From: Octopus vulgaris
Lineage: Eukaryota
Assembly (NCBI GenBank): GCA_951406725.2
Contig: OX597815.1
Location: forward strand, 189,740,001 to 189,864,000
DNA length: 124,000 nucleotides
Direction: 5' to 3'
The notes below the pieces were generated by a model that was not told where the DNA came from, made no database searches, and saw only the letters and a list, made by a program, of their open reading frames with translations. Below, in pieces: positions 12,242 to 27,449 of the stretch; the stretch's first letter is position 1; the number at the start of each line of letters is the position of its first letter. A program made the position numbers and the translations under genes.

Positions 12242-15200
12242 CACTCATTATAGGTTTCCAAATAGCTTTTTTCTACCAAATTCTACTCAAGTTATTGGTC
12301 AACCAAAGTGTTAGTAAAATATACTAAACTAAGGAGCCATGCATCAGGTTCAGACATGGAATTATGGTATCACATGCATTTTGTAATCAATAAAATTGTT
12401 GATTTAAGGTTCAACCAGCCCACCAACTCAACCACATATTTACAAACACCAGGAACTCAAATCATCATCATCATCATCATTGTTTAACGTCTATTTTCCT
12501 TGACGGCATGGGTTGGACGGTTTGACTGGGGTCTGGAAAGCCAGCGGCTGCACCAGGCTCCAGTCTGATCTGGCAGTGTTCTACAGCCAGATGCCCTTCC
12601 TAATGCCAACCACTCCAAGAGTGTTGTGGGTGGTTTTTATGTGTCACCAGCACAGGAGCCAGTTAGGTGGGCCTAGCATCAATCATGTTCAGATAGTGCT
12701 TTTTACGTGTCACCAGCATGGGAGCCAGTTAGGGGGCACTGGCATCAGCCACATTCAGATGGTGCATTTTACATACCTATTTCTTTACTACCCACAAGAG
12801 GGGACAAACAAAGACAGACATAGGTATTAAGTCGATTACATCGATCCCAGTGCATAACTGGTACTTAATTTATCGACCCCGAAAGGATGAAAGGTAAAGT
12901 CGACCTCGGCAGAATTTGAACTCACAACGTAACGGCAGACGAAATACCGCTAAGCATTTCACCTGGTGTGCTAACGCTTCTGCCAGCTCGCTACCACCGG
13001 TACAGGAACCACTCAGTGGGCCACTGGCATCAGTCACAACTCCAAAAAGTGTTGTTGCTTTGTTAGAAACTGGTTTGACCTCTCTCAATAAGAACTTAAA
13101 TGAACCTCATACATACATATGATGGATTGCTGCACAGCTTCTGTCAAGCCAGTTTCATTCATAAAATATTATTTGAACCATGGCCTTAGTAGAACAGACT
13201 TACCCAAGGTGCTGCACAGAGATTTCCAATCTAGAAATACATGGTTGTGAAGAAAACTTCTTAATTACACAGACAAACCTGAACTCAAACATCAAATTAA
13301 TGAAGTTAATCATTTAGAGCAATATACCTCTAAAAAGACATCGAATAAATTAATCAAATAAAATAAAATATTAGGTATGGCATTTGAACTTACAACATAT
13401 ATCTTCAATTGCCTATTCAATTATAACCATAATTCTTGTTTTTCTTTCCATTGTAGCTTATCACACAGTAATTGGACATAAACATTAAATTATTTATGAT
13501 AATTATATTTTCATGAAAAATCAAAGGTTTATAACAGAAACAATGACAATTCATTATCTTTGGTCATTATTTCTGTAAAGCTCTAAATTAAATATCCAGA
13601 ATGATTGAAATGAAACTAATCTAAAGACATATATAATTACAAATGGGTGTATTTGTTGAAAGTATTCAAGTGGTATCTGATTTCCAAGATTTCATACAAC
13701 TTATATTTAATAAAGAAGAATGAAAGCCGAGTGCTAACAACATTGATAATTAAAGATGTTTGAAAAATATTGTGTGAAAGAAACGGAATTCCAAATATTG
13801 AACAGCAATTACCATTTTTTATTTTACTCAATTAATTTAGTTTTGACATTTATTACAAAAAACATATTCATATTTTATTCATAAGGATTTTAATTTGATG
13901 AACAGCTTCTTGTTATTATTTTAAAGAACTGACTTCTTGATAAAATCACAAACAGTAAACATTTTGTTTAATTTTTCATAGCAAAGATTGCTATCCTTAA
14001 TCTGTGTATTTTGATATGAAAGATTCAATATTTACAGATAGAAAGTAATTAATATAATAGCTTGATTATTAATAATTATGTACAAGAGAAGAATTTATAT
14101 TTCTTTAATAAATATTGAAGAAAGAAGGTCACAATTGATAAGCGTTAACGATTAAACGAAAATACATTCATTTCATTCTTTTTAATAGCCTTAGAAGAAT
14201 ATGGATAAAAGTGGATATTAGATAAAGAGAACGTCTCATGTTCTCTCTAAACTGTACATCTGTGCAGATACATGCATAGTTTGTAACCACAACTCAAAAG
14301 AGATCAATTTAAGCACAAGAAATGAATGTGGACACAAAGATAGGCCACCAAAAATAAACTAGTTGAATAGTAAGAAGTTTGCTTCCTAACTACAGGGTTG
14401 TTATATTCAAAGTGATTGAAAGAAACACGGAGCATCTCAAAATAAATACAGTAACGAAAGGGTTAAATCTTTTAATGGCAGTTTCAGGTAAGATGGTATC
14501 AAACAGGTTAAAAATAATGACCATCATCAGTATGATACTATAGGTTCTAATTGTTACTGTTGCTAGAAACAATAGCACCATTTTAAGGAGTAGCTCTGTG
14601 GTAAGTAGCTTGCTTACCAACCACATGGTTCTGGGTTCAGTCCCACTGCATGGCACCTTGGGCAAGTGTCTTCTACTATAGCCTCAGCCAAATAAAGCTC
14701 TGTGAGTGAATTTGGTAGATGGAAACTGAAAGAAGCCCTTCATATCTTTATATATGTATGTATGTATGTAATATATATGTATGTATGTATGTAATATATA
14801 TGTATGTATGTGTATATATGTATGTATGTATGCATATTATGTGTGTGTGTGTGTATGTGTTTGTTGCCCAACACTTACCAACTGGTGTTGGTGTGTTTAC
14901 GTCCCCGTAACTTAGCAGTACCAGACTCAAAAAGAATAATTACTGCTGTCTGTTCATTTGATTAGAAATTCTTCGAGGCAGTGCCCCAGCATGGCCACAG
15001 TCTAATGACTGGAACAGGTAAGAGAGTAATAGATCTTGTACAGTATAGCCCAGTCACCATCTGTGAGGGAATACAGCTTAGTAACATCTACCACACTTTC
15101 ACTAATAGTTTTAGGGGCCTGTGTAATCACAAGCAGAGATAAACACCTCTCAGTCATCTCACCCTTGACCCAGTGAACATGCAGGCTATGATAGCTAAAG

Positions 15201-15419
15201 GGGCAGAGAGTTGCATCAACATCTGGCTAGAGTGGAACAATGTAAAACAAAGTGTTCTTCTCATAAACACAATATATAAACCCATCCAAAGATAACTCAC
15301 AATTTTGTGAACATCCTAACCCGTGCACCCCGACAAAATGAAATATGAACTGGAAATTATTTGCTTGGTATCTGAAGCACCTGGAAAACCATAGAATAAT
15401 TTAGTAGTATTAATAATAA

Positions 15420-15750
15420 TAATATTTCGGTTTTGGATTTGGATTTGGTTTACCAGATTCTTTAAATGAGTTCGTGTGTTGAAGCATATTCTGTTGTGTC
15501 TGGGGAGAGTCATTTTCTTTTTGTGCCTTATAATGTAACACACTCACTGGTAAAATTTCCACTTATTTCTTGTTTTCCTTTTCCCTAAAATTTGCGTTGG
15601 GTCTTGCAAGACTATTGAAGATCATTGAAAAGGTTGCAAGATGCAACGAGAATTTTAGGAAAATAAAAATAAGAAATTTTATTGGTGAACGTGTTACATT
15701 ATAAGGCACAAAAAGAAAATGACTCTCCCCAGACACAACAGAATAATAAT
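15420..15750. mobile_element. TA-associated family P element as an inverted dimer
   Basis: TGTGTCTGGGGAGAGTCATTTTCTTTTTGTGCCTTATAATGTAACAC is present in both orientations; other copies at ~52680, 88940, 89480, 106950 and 118680. Confidence 0.75.
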
Positions 15751-17571
15751 AATACTTATTATACAAATGCAGGCATTGCTATAGGTGCAGACATGTATGT
15801 GTGGTTGAGATGCCTACTTTGTAACCACATGATTTCAGGCTCAGTCCCACTGTGCAGCCCCAGGCTAACCAATGATTCGTGAGTGAACTTGGAAGATGGA
15901 AACTGTGTGGAAGCCTAATGTATATATATATATGTATGCATATGAGTAATAATTTTTTTTTATTCGTTTCAGTCATTTGACTGAAATTAAAACTTTCTAC
16001 CAAAATTTCATGTTAACCTATGTTCCAAACTCTGACTTAATATTGGTTAAGTTGTTTTAATAATTTTGTTTATCCTTTTCAATATTAATTGTAACCAAGG
16101 CAGTGTAGTTCAACAGAGATATGGTGACAAAAGGTCTACTCTTCAAGAGATAGGTCAACAGAGCTTTCATTTAAACACAGGGTTCGGCACGCTAGGATAA
16201 ATTACCTCAAGTAGGGTAAAACTGAAATTCTTGGAAGTAATGAGACCACATTAGACGTAATGAGAACACATTAGACGTAAGATGTGACCCCCTTCGGTCA
16301 TAAATGACCAAGGGATTGCACCTAGAAAGTTACCCTCCCAGGCACAAGTCTGGGCAAGGTTGTTTATGGAAGACCAGCAGCCGCCCATGCATACAAGCCT
16401 CTCCGCTCTACGCCCCCGATTTTATCCAAGGGAAAGGCAAAGACCGATACAGCTTGGCACCAGTGACATCGCAGCTCATTTATTAATGTGTAAGTGGCTG
16501 AGCACTCCACAGACGAGTGTAACCTTAACGTAGTTCTTGGGGAGATTCAGCGTGACACAGAGTGTGACAAGGCTAGCCCTTTGAAATACAGGTACAACAG
16601 AAACAGGAAGAAAGATTGAGAGAAAGTTGTGGTGAAAGAGTACAGCAGGTTTCACCCCCACCCTGCCGGAGCCTAATGGAGCTTTAGGTGTTTACGCTCA
16701 ATAAACACTCACAATGCCTGGTGTGGGAATTGAAACTGCAATCCTACGACCACGAGTCTGCTACCTTAACCGCTGGGCCATTGCACCTCCACAAGTAAAA
16801 TTATATTTAAAAAAGCATGTTCCTTGTTTACTAGAGAAATTTTTCTTCTGGCAACACTGCTTCTGTTCAATGTAATGAATGTGCAAATAGATTAATATAA
16901 ATAGATTCAATAAAATGGATACAATAAACCTTTTGAATTCAAAGAATCTATGATTTTCTTCCTTTCAAATCAAGAGGGTAATGTTGGTGCAAATAAATAT
17001 ATTTTGGGGTAATTGGTTAAAAAAGTTCTCCAAACCCTGCTTTAACAGCTTTAATTTTTCTGTAGAAGTTATTAAAAAATGATATTAAAAATTATTTTCA
17101 TATTTTTATCCCTACAACTATTTGTAAAGGAATCACTTTTTCAAGATCAGTGACGAATAGTTACTGGAAAAAGGATATTAATATTTGCATTGGGAACTCC
17201 TTTCCTCGAAGACTGGTGATTGTCGTATGCTGATGATGGGTCAAGACCCAGAAACTGCAGTCTGTGCGTATCACTTAGGTTGATGAGGGAAGGATGACCT
17301 CCCTTAGCAAAGTGTGCCTAAAGCCAGCTGGAGGAGATGTTCTCCTGGGGCTACACGCTACAATAACACCCACCCTTAGTGGTTAGCCATATTGAGATGG
17401 CAAATATACCTCACATATTTGTAAAGGATTTTGCTTAAAAGCTTCAGATTTCTTTTAAAATTACAGATAGACTAGAAAGCAAAACCTGAGCAGAGACTAA
17501 TAAAAAAAAAGGGGTCGAAAATGAAATGAAACTAAATAAAATAATTATTTCTATGGTTTTGTTGTGGTTAG

Positions 17572-17645
17572 ATAAAGGCATTGAATGTCTGCAACAGCAG
17601 TTACAATATGTGTCCACTGAGAAAACTATAGAGGAATCAAACAAG
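17572..17645 (+). CDS. Candidate isolated coding exon (DKGIECLQQQLQYVSTEKTIEESNK), product unknown
   Basis: T-rich acceptor ending GGTTAG, 74-nt open frame, donor AAG|GTAGCA; no homology recognised. Confidence 0.25.
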
Positions 17646-19002
17646 GTAGCACTTAAATGAAACATTCTATGAAGCAAGCATTTACAGAAGGCGCTTCTAC
17701 ATTATAACTCATTCTGCTAGATGTAACACCGAATCTCTTTCAATCATCATCATCATCATTGTTTAACATCTGCTTTCCATGCTAGCATGGGTTGGACGAA
17801 TGACTGAGGGCTGGTGAACTAGATGGCTGCACCAGGCTTAAATTTTGATCTGGCAGTGTTTCTACAGCTGGATGACCTTCCTAACGCCAACCACTCCGAG
17901 AGTGTAGTGGGTGCTTTTACATGCCGCCGACATGGGGTCAGGTCCAGTCAGGCAGTACTGGCAACGACCTCACTCAAATCTTTTACATATGCCACCGGCA
18001 CAGGTGCCAGTAAGGCGATGCTGGTAATGATTATGCTCGAATTGTGTCTTTTACATGCCACCAGCATGGAGGCCAGATAGCCACTCTGGCAACAATCACG
18101 CTCGGATGGTGCTCTTAATACCCTACAAGCACAGAGCTCGAGTGCCAGTAAGGCGACGCTGGTAACGATCACGCTCGATAAAAAAAGGAAAATACTTTGA
18201 CGAATGTAGTTTTGGATGCATAACTCCTGAACAAAAAAATAAAAGGTCCATTCCTTAGTCCTTGACTCTGTTATAACCATCACAACTAAGATCATACTGC
18301 AGAACCAGCATCATAGTTTTAGCCTCATGTGTGGAATGCCCCTAATAATTGTTCTGCTTGATTAATCAGAACAAATTTAGGATTTAACTACAACAGGTAT
18401 TCACCTTCTAAAAGCTTTAACAAATTACATGCAAAAATAAAAGAAAAAATTCTAAACCTATTACGATTTTACTGTATTGTGTCCAAACCTCCTTCCTCTC
18501 CTCCTTCAGGCTCTGAATTAACCCCTACACCAAGTTCTCCCTTTCCAAAAACATCAGCTTTTTTGAAATTCCCTCCATGCCAATGTTTTTTTCCCTGTAG
18601 CTGTCAACTTGTAATTTCCAGCTATTCATGAGGAACATTAATTGTGTCGATCTGACTGGTCTCAGAAGACCCTGTGAAGGATACGGTTGCAGGTCCTTCC
18701 TCCAGACCAAACTAATAAATATAAATGCTCTGGATGAGAAAACATAAACAATCTACCTGTAATAACAGCACATCAACACAGTTTTCAAAAGTAATCTCTG
18801 AAGCTTTCTCACCTAATTAAAATCTCTCCAATAGAATTGCATGCATAGACACACACACACAGGTGCATTTGTGTACATGCACAGACACAGACACACACAC
18901 GCACATACATGCAAACATATACGTATGTGTGTATATATGTGTATGTATATATATGTGTGTATGAGTGTGTTTATGTATCTCTCTCTTTCTCTCTCTCTCT
19001 CT

Positions 19003-19036
<34 letters not shown>

Positions 19037-19054
19037 GAACATATATATGTATAT

Positions 19055-19385
19055 ATATGAACATATATAATGGTATATATTCATATGCATATACAAATAT
19101 GCATATATATATACATATATACATGCACATATACATACATATGTGTATATCTGTCTAACTACCTACCTGTTTATATATACATACATACATACATACATAT
19201 ATACACATATATATATATATATATATATGTATATATGAACATATATAATGGTATATATTCATATGCATATACACATATGCATATATATTTATACATATAT
19301 ACATGCACATATACATACATATGTGTATATCTGTCTAACTACGTACCTGTTTATATATACATACATACATACATACATATATACA

Positions 19386-19400
<15 letters not shown>
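19055..19400. repeat. Tandem duplication of a ~175-bp composite microsatellite unit
   Basis: ATATGAACATATATAATGGTATATATTCATATGC..ATCTGTCTAACTAC(C/G)TACCTGTTT occurs twice. Confidence 0.8.
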
Positions 19401-19431
<31 letters not shown>

Positions 19432-19959
19432 TCATACATATCATATGTGCATATATATATATGTATATTTATGTATCTATCTATATGTATATAATATACA
19501 TACAATTATACATCTGCGTATATATATATTTATATATATATATATATATATATATACAGATGTATATGTGTATGCATTGCTGTATATTCTGTGCAATTAT
19601 GGGAAGTCTTAGTTGAAGGGAACGGGATGCCCTCTAGAGATCAGAACAGAATAACTGAATGATTTTCTGCAGAAGTGAATTCTAAAAGTTAGGAATTACT
19701 GACATGTGTGGTTCAAGGAGGGAAACAGGAAATGCCATGAAATGAAGTTTTGTCTAGTAAACACTTAAGGTGGAGATTTTTGCAGAATCATTAAAGCATC
19801 AGACGTAATGTCTTCTAGTATTTAATTCCAGCCCTTTGTTTTCTGAGTGCAAGTCCTTGCCTTCCCCCTTTCCAGAGTTAATAAAATAAATGCTGGCCGA
19901 ATACCTTAGTCCATTTAGACAACAGATAGGTAAGCGTAGTGAAGGCATGTGGTTTAGTA

Positions 19960-20370
19960 GTGGCAAGCTGGCAGAAATGTTAGCACGCTGGGCGAAATAT
20001 GTAGCCGTATTTCACCTACCGCTACGTTCTGAGTTCAAATTCCGCCAAGGTCGGCTTTGCTTTTCATCCTTACGGGGTCGATTAAATAAGTACCAGTTAT
20101 GCACTGGGGTCGATGTTATCGACTTAATCCGTTTGTCTGTCTTTGTTTGTCCTCTCTGTGTTTAGCCCCTTGTGGGTAGTAAAGAAATAGGTATTTTGTC
20201 TGCCGCTACATTCTGAGTTCAAATTCCGCCGAGGTCGACTTTGCCTTTCATCCTTTTGGGGGTGATAAAATAAGTACCAGTTACGCACTGGGGTCGATGT
20301 TATCGACTTACTCCCTTTGTCTGTCCTTGTTTGTCCCTTCTATGTTTAGCCCCTTGTGGGCAATAAAAAA
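19960..20370 (+). mobile_element. SINE family 2 tandem dimer
   Basis: Second unit restarts at internal GTATTTTGTCTGCCGCTAC directly after ..AAAGAAATAG. Confidence 0.8.
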
Positions 20371-23300
20371 AAGAATAAAAATAAAATAAAATAAGAATCA
20401 TCTTTGCATGGAAATGCAAGCATTCTCTGCAGGGTTCTTGAAGCATGATCAGTAAACAAGTGTCACCTTAGTCTGCTGGCTCTAGGCAGCTGACACTTCC
20501 AATCATACCCAGCAAAATAAAGATGAGAGTTTATATGATATAACAACAACAACAACAATGATAATAATAATCTTTCACAGCTACAAATCAAAGTGATACC
20601 AGCTAAAGTTTGGGAAAGTGAACGTGATATGCAAGATCACCCACTTCATGGTGTTTTTTGATATTCTTTGCCTTAGTAAAAGATGCAATGCTTGTGGCTG
20701 AAATATCTTAAAAGTGTGGGGAGGGGGTAATCTCTGACTAAGCAACAACAACAACAACAACAATGGAAAATGATGTAAATAATTCTTGAGAGCTGTTTTA
20801 ATGTTTCTGCAAATATAGTTAATATTTTACAAAAAACATCCAAAATAATAGTATCCAAAATAAATATGAAACCCAAGTTAACAGAACTTTCAAAAATTGT
20901 TGTATAGTATAAGTGCAGGAGTGGCCATGTGGTAAGTAGCTTGCTTACAAACCACATGGTTCCGGGTTCAGTCCCACTGCGTAGCACCTTGGGCAAGTTT
21001 CTTCCACTATAGCCTCGGGCCAACCAAAGCCTTGTGAGTGGATTTGGTAGATAGAAACTGAAAGAAGCCCGTTGTATATATGTACATATATATATGTGTG
21101 TGTGGAGGTGCCATGGTCCAGTGGTTAGGGCAGCAAACTCGCGGTCGTAGGATTGCGGTTTCGATTCCCAGACCGGGCGTTGTGAGTGTTTATTGAGCGA
21201 AAACACCTAAAGCTCCAGGAGACTCTGGCAGGGGGTGGTGGCGATCCCTGCTGTACTCTTTCACCACAACTTTCTCTCACTCTTTCTTCTGTTGGCCTGC
21301 TCACTTAGCCAGTGGGGTGGCGTCATTTGAAGGCTAAAACAATGCGAAGCGCACTGTGACCAGCGATGTGTAGCAACATCTGATAGCCTGGTCGGTCATG
21401 TGATCACGTGATATATATATATGTGTGTGTATATGTTTGTGTATGTATGTTTGTCCCCCCAGTGTCACTTGACAGCCGATGTTGGTGTGTTTACATCCCC
21501 GTAACTTAGCAGTTAGGCAAAAGAGACCGATGGAATAAGTACTAGGCTTACAAAGAATAAGTGCTATTTCTGCTATTTATTACACTTTCTTTTTTCCTTC
21601 ATTCATTTTCAAATGTTTTTGGTTTGCCATAATTGCTTATTTCTGCTAATTAAATAGCATTCATTATATCGTATCTCCTATTATTCACAGTATCTTTTTT
21701 TATAATATGGCCATCACTCCTAATCGAATATGACTTGGTAGCAACGTGCACAATGAATTTCTCTAAAACTATTTTTTAAGAGCTCATGTAATCATGGCAA
21801 ACTCAAATACACAAACACACTTTTAATCCTCCCACCCTTCACTCAAAAGAACATCCGAAACATGACAGCTAGAGGGAGAGAGCGGGTTCCAACTTCTTAC
21901 ATAATAAATGCATTAAAAATAAAACTTCCTTGATAATGGAAAGTTCACAATGACAACATCACAAACCCCCAAGGAGCCATTATTTAGGAAGTTTACTACA
22001 TAAACATTACAGGAATGCTAAATGGTTTGGTGAATGGAACGGCAGTACAATACTGGAGCATGACATATCATTGTATAATTAGTTTCTTTTGATGGCATTC
22101 AATCAATGCTTCCAAGTGAAATGGTGCAGTTGATGGAATCTACACCAGATTCTTAACATTCTTAACCCCAGAGCTATTTATTTAATTTTATTTTATATTT
22201 GCTTTTTAGCTCCAGTGTGAAGGTGCATAGCTTAGTGGTTAGAGCATAGAGCTTAAGATCGTGAGGTTGTGAGTTCAAATCTGGAACCAGGCTGTGTGTG
22301 GTGTTCTTGAGCAAGACACTTTATTTAATGTTACTCCAGTCCACTCACCTGTAAAAATGAATAGCAACATCACTGGTGCCAAGCTGTATTGGCCTTTACC
22401 TTTCCCTTGGACAACATCAGTGGTATGGAGAGGAGAGGCCGGTATGCATGGGCGACTGCTGGCCTTCCACAAACAATCTTGCCCTGACTTGTGCCTCAGA
22501 GGGTAACTTTCTAGGTGCAATCCCATGGTCATTCATGACCAAAGGGGGTTTCCTCCTCCTTAGATCCAGTGGTTAGGTTTCTCATGGATATCTCTGGTTC
22601 CCCATGTTAGTTTCAAATATTGGAACAAGGCCAGCAAGTTTCTATATTTAGAATCCCCTTAAATATATGTGTGTGTGTGTGTGTGTGTGTTTCTCTTGAT
22701 GCTGTGCAATACTTGCAAATAAGCGTCACCATCATACTAATACTGTCACTTGCTTCTAATCTTTCATGAAAACATGTGCAGCCATGGGGAAATATTAACT
22801 TGTTTAGAAGCAAGTGAAGGTAGGTGACAGGAAGAGCATCTAACTCTTTACTCTTTCTTTTACTCTTTTACTTGTTTCAGTCATTTGACTGCGGCCATGC
22901 TGGAGCACCGCCTTTATAATAATTTCAAATTTTGCCACGAGGGTAGCAACTTTGGGGAAGGGGATGAGTCGATTACATTGACCCCAGTGTTCAACTTGTC
23001 CTTATTTTATCGACCCCTAAAGGATGAAAGGTAAAGTCAACCTCGGCGGAATTTGAACTCAGAACGTAAAGACAGACAAAATTTTGGAGGGGAAGGGTAC
23101 CAGTTGATTAAATTGACCCCAGTATGCAGCTGGTTCTTAATTTATCAACCCCGAAAGGATAAAAGGCAAAGTTGACATCGGTGGAATTTGAACCTGGAAC
23201 ATAGCGTCAGGCAAAATACTGCTAAGCATTTCGTCAAGTTCGCTAACGATTCTGCCAACTCACCACCTATAGAAAAAAAACTACCTGAATTATTTCCATC

Positions 23301-24169
23301 TGACTTTGCAAGCATAGAAACAATGATCATTATTATAATGATGATCACACACATGACATACTTCAGCTCTAAACTCTAATGTACCATGCAATGGGATCAA
23401 ACCCCAAAGTATATGATTCGAGGGTAAATTTATTAAATAATAATGTTTTTTGAACCCTAGAAGAACTGGAGGTGAAGCTGGCCCTTGCACGGTTTGAATT
23501 CATGCCGCTGTATCACTGTGATAAGGCATTTATTGTTTTCTTCTAAAAATCTCAGGAGGCATGGCTGTGTGGTAAGAAGCTTGCTTCCTAACCACATGGT
23601 TCAGGGTTCAGTCCCACTGTGTGGCACCCTTAGGTAAGTGTCTTTTACTATAGCGTCAGGTTGATCAAAGTGTTGTGAGTGGATTTACGTAGATGAAGAC
23701 CGAAAGAAGTCCATCATACATATGTATGTATATGTGTGTGTCTTTGTGTCTGTGTTTATCCCCACCACCACCAACACCACTACTACTACTACTATTTGGC
23801 AACCGGTGCTGGTGTGTTTGTATCACCATAATTTATTGGTTCAGCAAAAAAGACTAATAGAATAATTACCATGCCTTTTAAAAGAGAAGTATTGTGGTTG
23901 ATGCATTTGAATAAAAATTCTTCAAGGCAATGCCCCAGTATGGTCACAGTATAATGGCTGAAACAAATAAAAGAAAAAATAAAAGAAAAAGTTATATCTA
24001 ATACCAGAAATTATTGTTGTACTTTACCTTGTTTAGCATGTACAAAAATATAAAACACATCTTCCACTAGCAAAGGAACCTGTACAAGCTGTCGGAAATA
24101 ACAGCCAAATTCCTGTTAAACCACACTCTCTAAATCTAATAGAACACATCAAGTGTGTTACATTGTTAA

Positions 24170-24568
24170 TCTCTCTATATATAAAGCTGAAGTTGTCCGT
24201 GTATGGCAGGTTTGGTAGCCTTCAACTAACACTATCTCCTCCGAGACCCTGCAGCACAAGTTGACCAAAATTGAGAGTATGATAGAAGAAGGCTTGCTCT
24301 TCCTTCCGTAGAAGATAAAATTCAAATCGGACCATGTTAAGACCAAAAATTATTTACATCAAAGAGGTGCTTTTTTTCTATGAAAATCCCTATTTTTTAC
24401 GATTTTTTTACTGCTGTGTCGCCATTTATCGGTGTATTTCAACCAGAAAAATGTTCACTTAAAGAGAATAACAAGCTACATAATGCAAAATTTTTACTTT
24501 TCAAAAATTCCAATTCTAAAGGGTCGAAAAGAAAACAAGCCTGAGCAACGCTGGGCTATACTGATAGT
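24170..24568 (+). mobile_element. Non-autonomous Helitron
   Basis: A|TCTCTCTATATATAAAGCTGAAG 5' end; 3' GC hairpin CCTGAGCAACGCTGGG then ATAG|T (decayed CTAG); same family as 117049-117467. Confidence 0.65.
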
Positions 24569-25816
24569 TTTTAATAAATGAAATATGTTTCCCAATGAGT
24601 TTCTGGACAAACCTATAATCTATCCGGGACCTAACTGTTAGTTAATTTGCTGTGCATATTCATAAGAGAACCTTAACTTTAAAATTACTAATGAATGATT
24701 AATTTCGAATGTAAAAGCTTGGCAAGGGTTAATATAGCATACCAACACAATGATGCTATCTTGCATAAATGATAGTAAACATTAAAATATGGAACCTAAA
24801 TAGATTTTTTTTTTTTAATGTTTCCATAGGAAATCTGATTATGATCATTAGTAGAATGCACTAATGACTAAATAAAAACAAACAAAAATATTATCAACCG
24901 ATTTCACATTACAGCATCTGGTAGTTTCAATATTTTTTCAATAAGAATTTAAATATCTTTTAGTATTTTCATGCAGCGCTTTCTTTCTGACAGGAAATTG
25001 ATTATGATCAGCTTTTTATAATTAGGGAAACAACTGTTTTAACCTTATCAGTAGAAAGAGAAATGTATATAGATAATTTTAATAGGAACTAAAATATGTC
25101 CTAAGGTTTCAGCTGACTAGAAATGTAAATTGTTAGGATAATAACTACAAGATAATATCAGAAGGAAACTCCATGCATCCATTATCAGTATGGAGAAATG
25201 GATGTGAAATCAAGAATGAATAAATTAAATGCTCTGACTAGGAAACTGAATATGTTTTGATATTCACAACAGGAAATTGATTGTGTTTTAATGGCCTCAC
25301 TAGGAAATTAAATGTATTGATAGAGAAACTAAGTATCTGATAGCAGTTTAAATAACAACCAGTAGAGAGAAAATAGTGCAGCCAATTTAGTGTGTTCGGG
25401 TTTCCTTTTGCTTGACTCCATATTAGGAAGTGGGCAAGAGAAATAAAGTCATAAATTTTGAGTGAGTACTCAAGCTATAAAGCTCTAAAATAACGTTGCT
25501 TCTGATCGTTAGATCTTGACGAGTTTATTGAGTCATTTTTGATGAGTTACACTTCTTGTCTCTTTGTTGTCAATGATTTTAATACTTTTTTTTTTCAGCT
25601 CTTTACTCTTTTACACTTTTACTTGTTTTCAGTCATGTGACTGTGGCCATGCTGGCGCACCGCCTTTAGTCGAGCAAATCGATCCCAGGACTTATTCTTT
25701 GTAAGCCTAGTACTTATTCTATCAGTCTCTTTTGCCGAACTGCTTAGTTACAGGGATGCAAACACACCAGCATCAGTTGTCAAGTGATGTTGGGGGGCAC
25801 AAACACAGACACACAA

Positions 25817-25901
<85 letters not shown>

Positions 25902-27449
25902 TATGATAGGCTTTTTGCAGTTTCCGTCTACCAAATCCACTCACAAGACTTTGGTTGGCCTGAGGCTATAGTAAAAGACACTTGCCCAAAGTGCCATACA
26001 GTGGGACTGAACCCGGAACCATGTGGTTGGTAAGCAAGCAACTTACCTCACTCCTGTGCCTATATATGGTATGAAATCTATAAAGTCAGGTAGAAAACCA
26101 ACCATCCACTGACTTAAGAAACCTTATCTTTATAAAATAACATTGACAACTACATGTGAAAAATTAAGAAGTTCAAACTATGATTCACTTTAAAGAAATA
26201 ATTGAAAATATTAAAAACTAGTTATGGTTAGAAGCTGCTTAATATAAACTTGTCATACAAATACTGTAGATGCAACATTGTGCTTATATTGCAATCATAT
26301 TCTTTGATGTGTATTTACAAAGGCAAAGTGGATGTCTCTGACATATTTAGGGTGCTGAATCTAGGAATTACTCTTAAATGTTTGGTTGCTATCTTTTATG
26401 TGTTGGACGAAGCAGAAACGACTAGGACTTTACTTTCCAACAGCAACAACATATAATCTTTTAAAAGTGTTGATATTTCATTCAAAACAAAAGCTTATTG
26501 AAATAAATGTTTTGTTTGGTAAATTCAAAGCAGACATTTCATCTACGTCATCATTATCATGTCTTTATTGGCAGATTTTTCCGAAACAGTCTGTCATTGT
26601 GTCACAATCTAAACCACGAATTAACTGTAGCAAATAAGAAATTTTGTTTGAAGTTTTTAATGTGACTTCTGTTAAAAGAAGTGGAAATAGAATAGGTAAA
26701 TAGAAGAATATCTAGTTCACAAAAGGTAAAAAAAAAAAATTAATGATTTATAAAGTAATTATTATCTATTTTCCAAGAAGCAAATTCTCTCTGAAATGAT
26801 ATTAAGAAATTATATTTGCTTCAATTATTTGTTACGATATTTTATTATCATGTTTTAGTACTTCATTGTCTAACATGGTTGCTAGCCAATCAAAAACATC
26901 TATTATCCATACACCAATTTTATCTTTATTCACTTCTCATATTTACTCAGTATATAGAAATTCCACTTTGTATTGTAAACTGTGTAATCTTTAAATTGAA
27001 ACCAAAATTTAAGAACTCATTGTCTCATGTCACATATGAACCCATATTTATCAAATTATCTTATATATTTCCATTAGGTGTAAATTGATTTGGCTTCGAG
27101 GCAGCTAACACTGTTTTCACTATAATACGTACCTAATTACTAACGGTATATCAATTGTGTGAGAGAAGAAAACGCAGGGTTTTCAAACAAATTAATGCTA
27201 ATGATAGACTCAGCTGCTGTTTCATAAATAATCAAAAGATATTTATACATATCAAAAGAATCCAATTACATTTTACCTTAACTTTTAATGTGATGTTATT
27301 TCATTGTTGTTTGATTCTTGTAGGAAATATTTACCAATGTTTTCCTTTTCTTTTCATAGAATCCAATATTACTTTGAAATATCAAATGAATAGCTGGAGA
27401 TCAAAGAAAAAGTGGGTAGCATTACATTTTAAGAATTGTTCAGACTCCA

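Noticed and set aside
18460-18720. Gly/Glu-rich minus-strand frame (..KADVFGKGELGVGVNSEPEGGEEGG..)
   Set aside because: Two in-frame stops, weak splice sites and no recognised homology.
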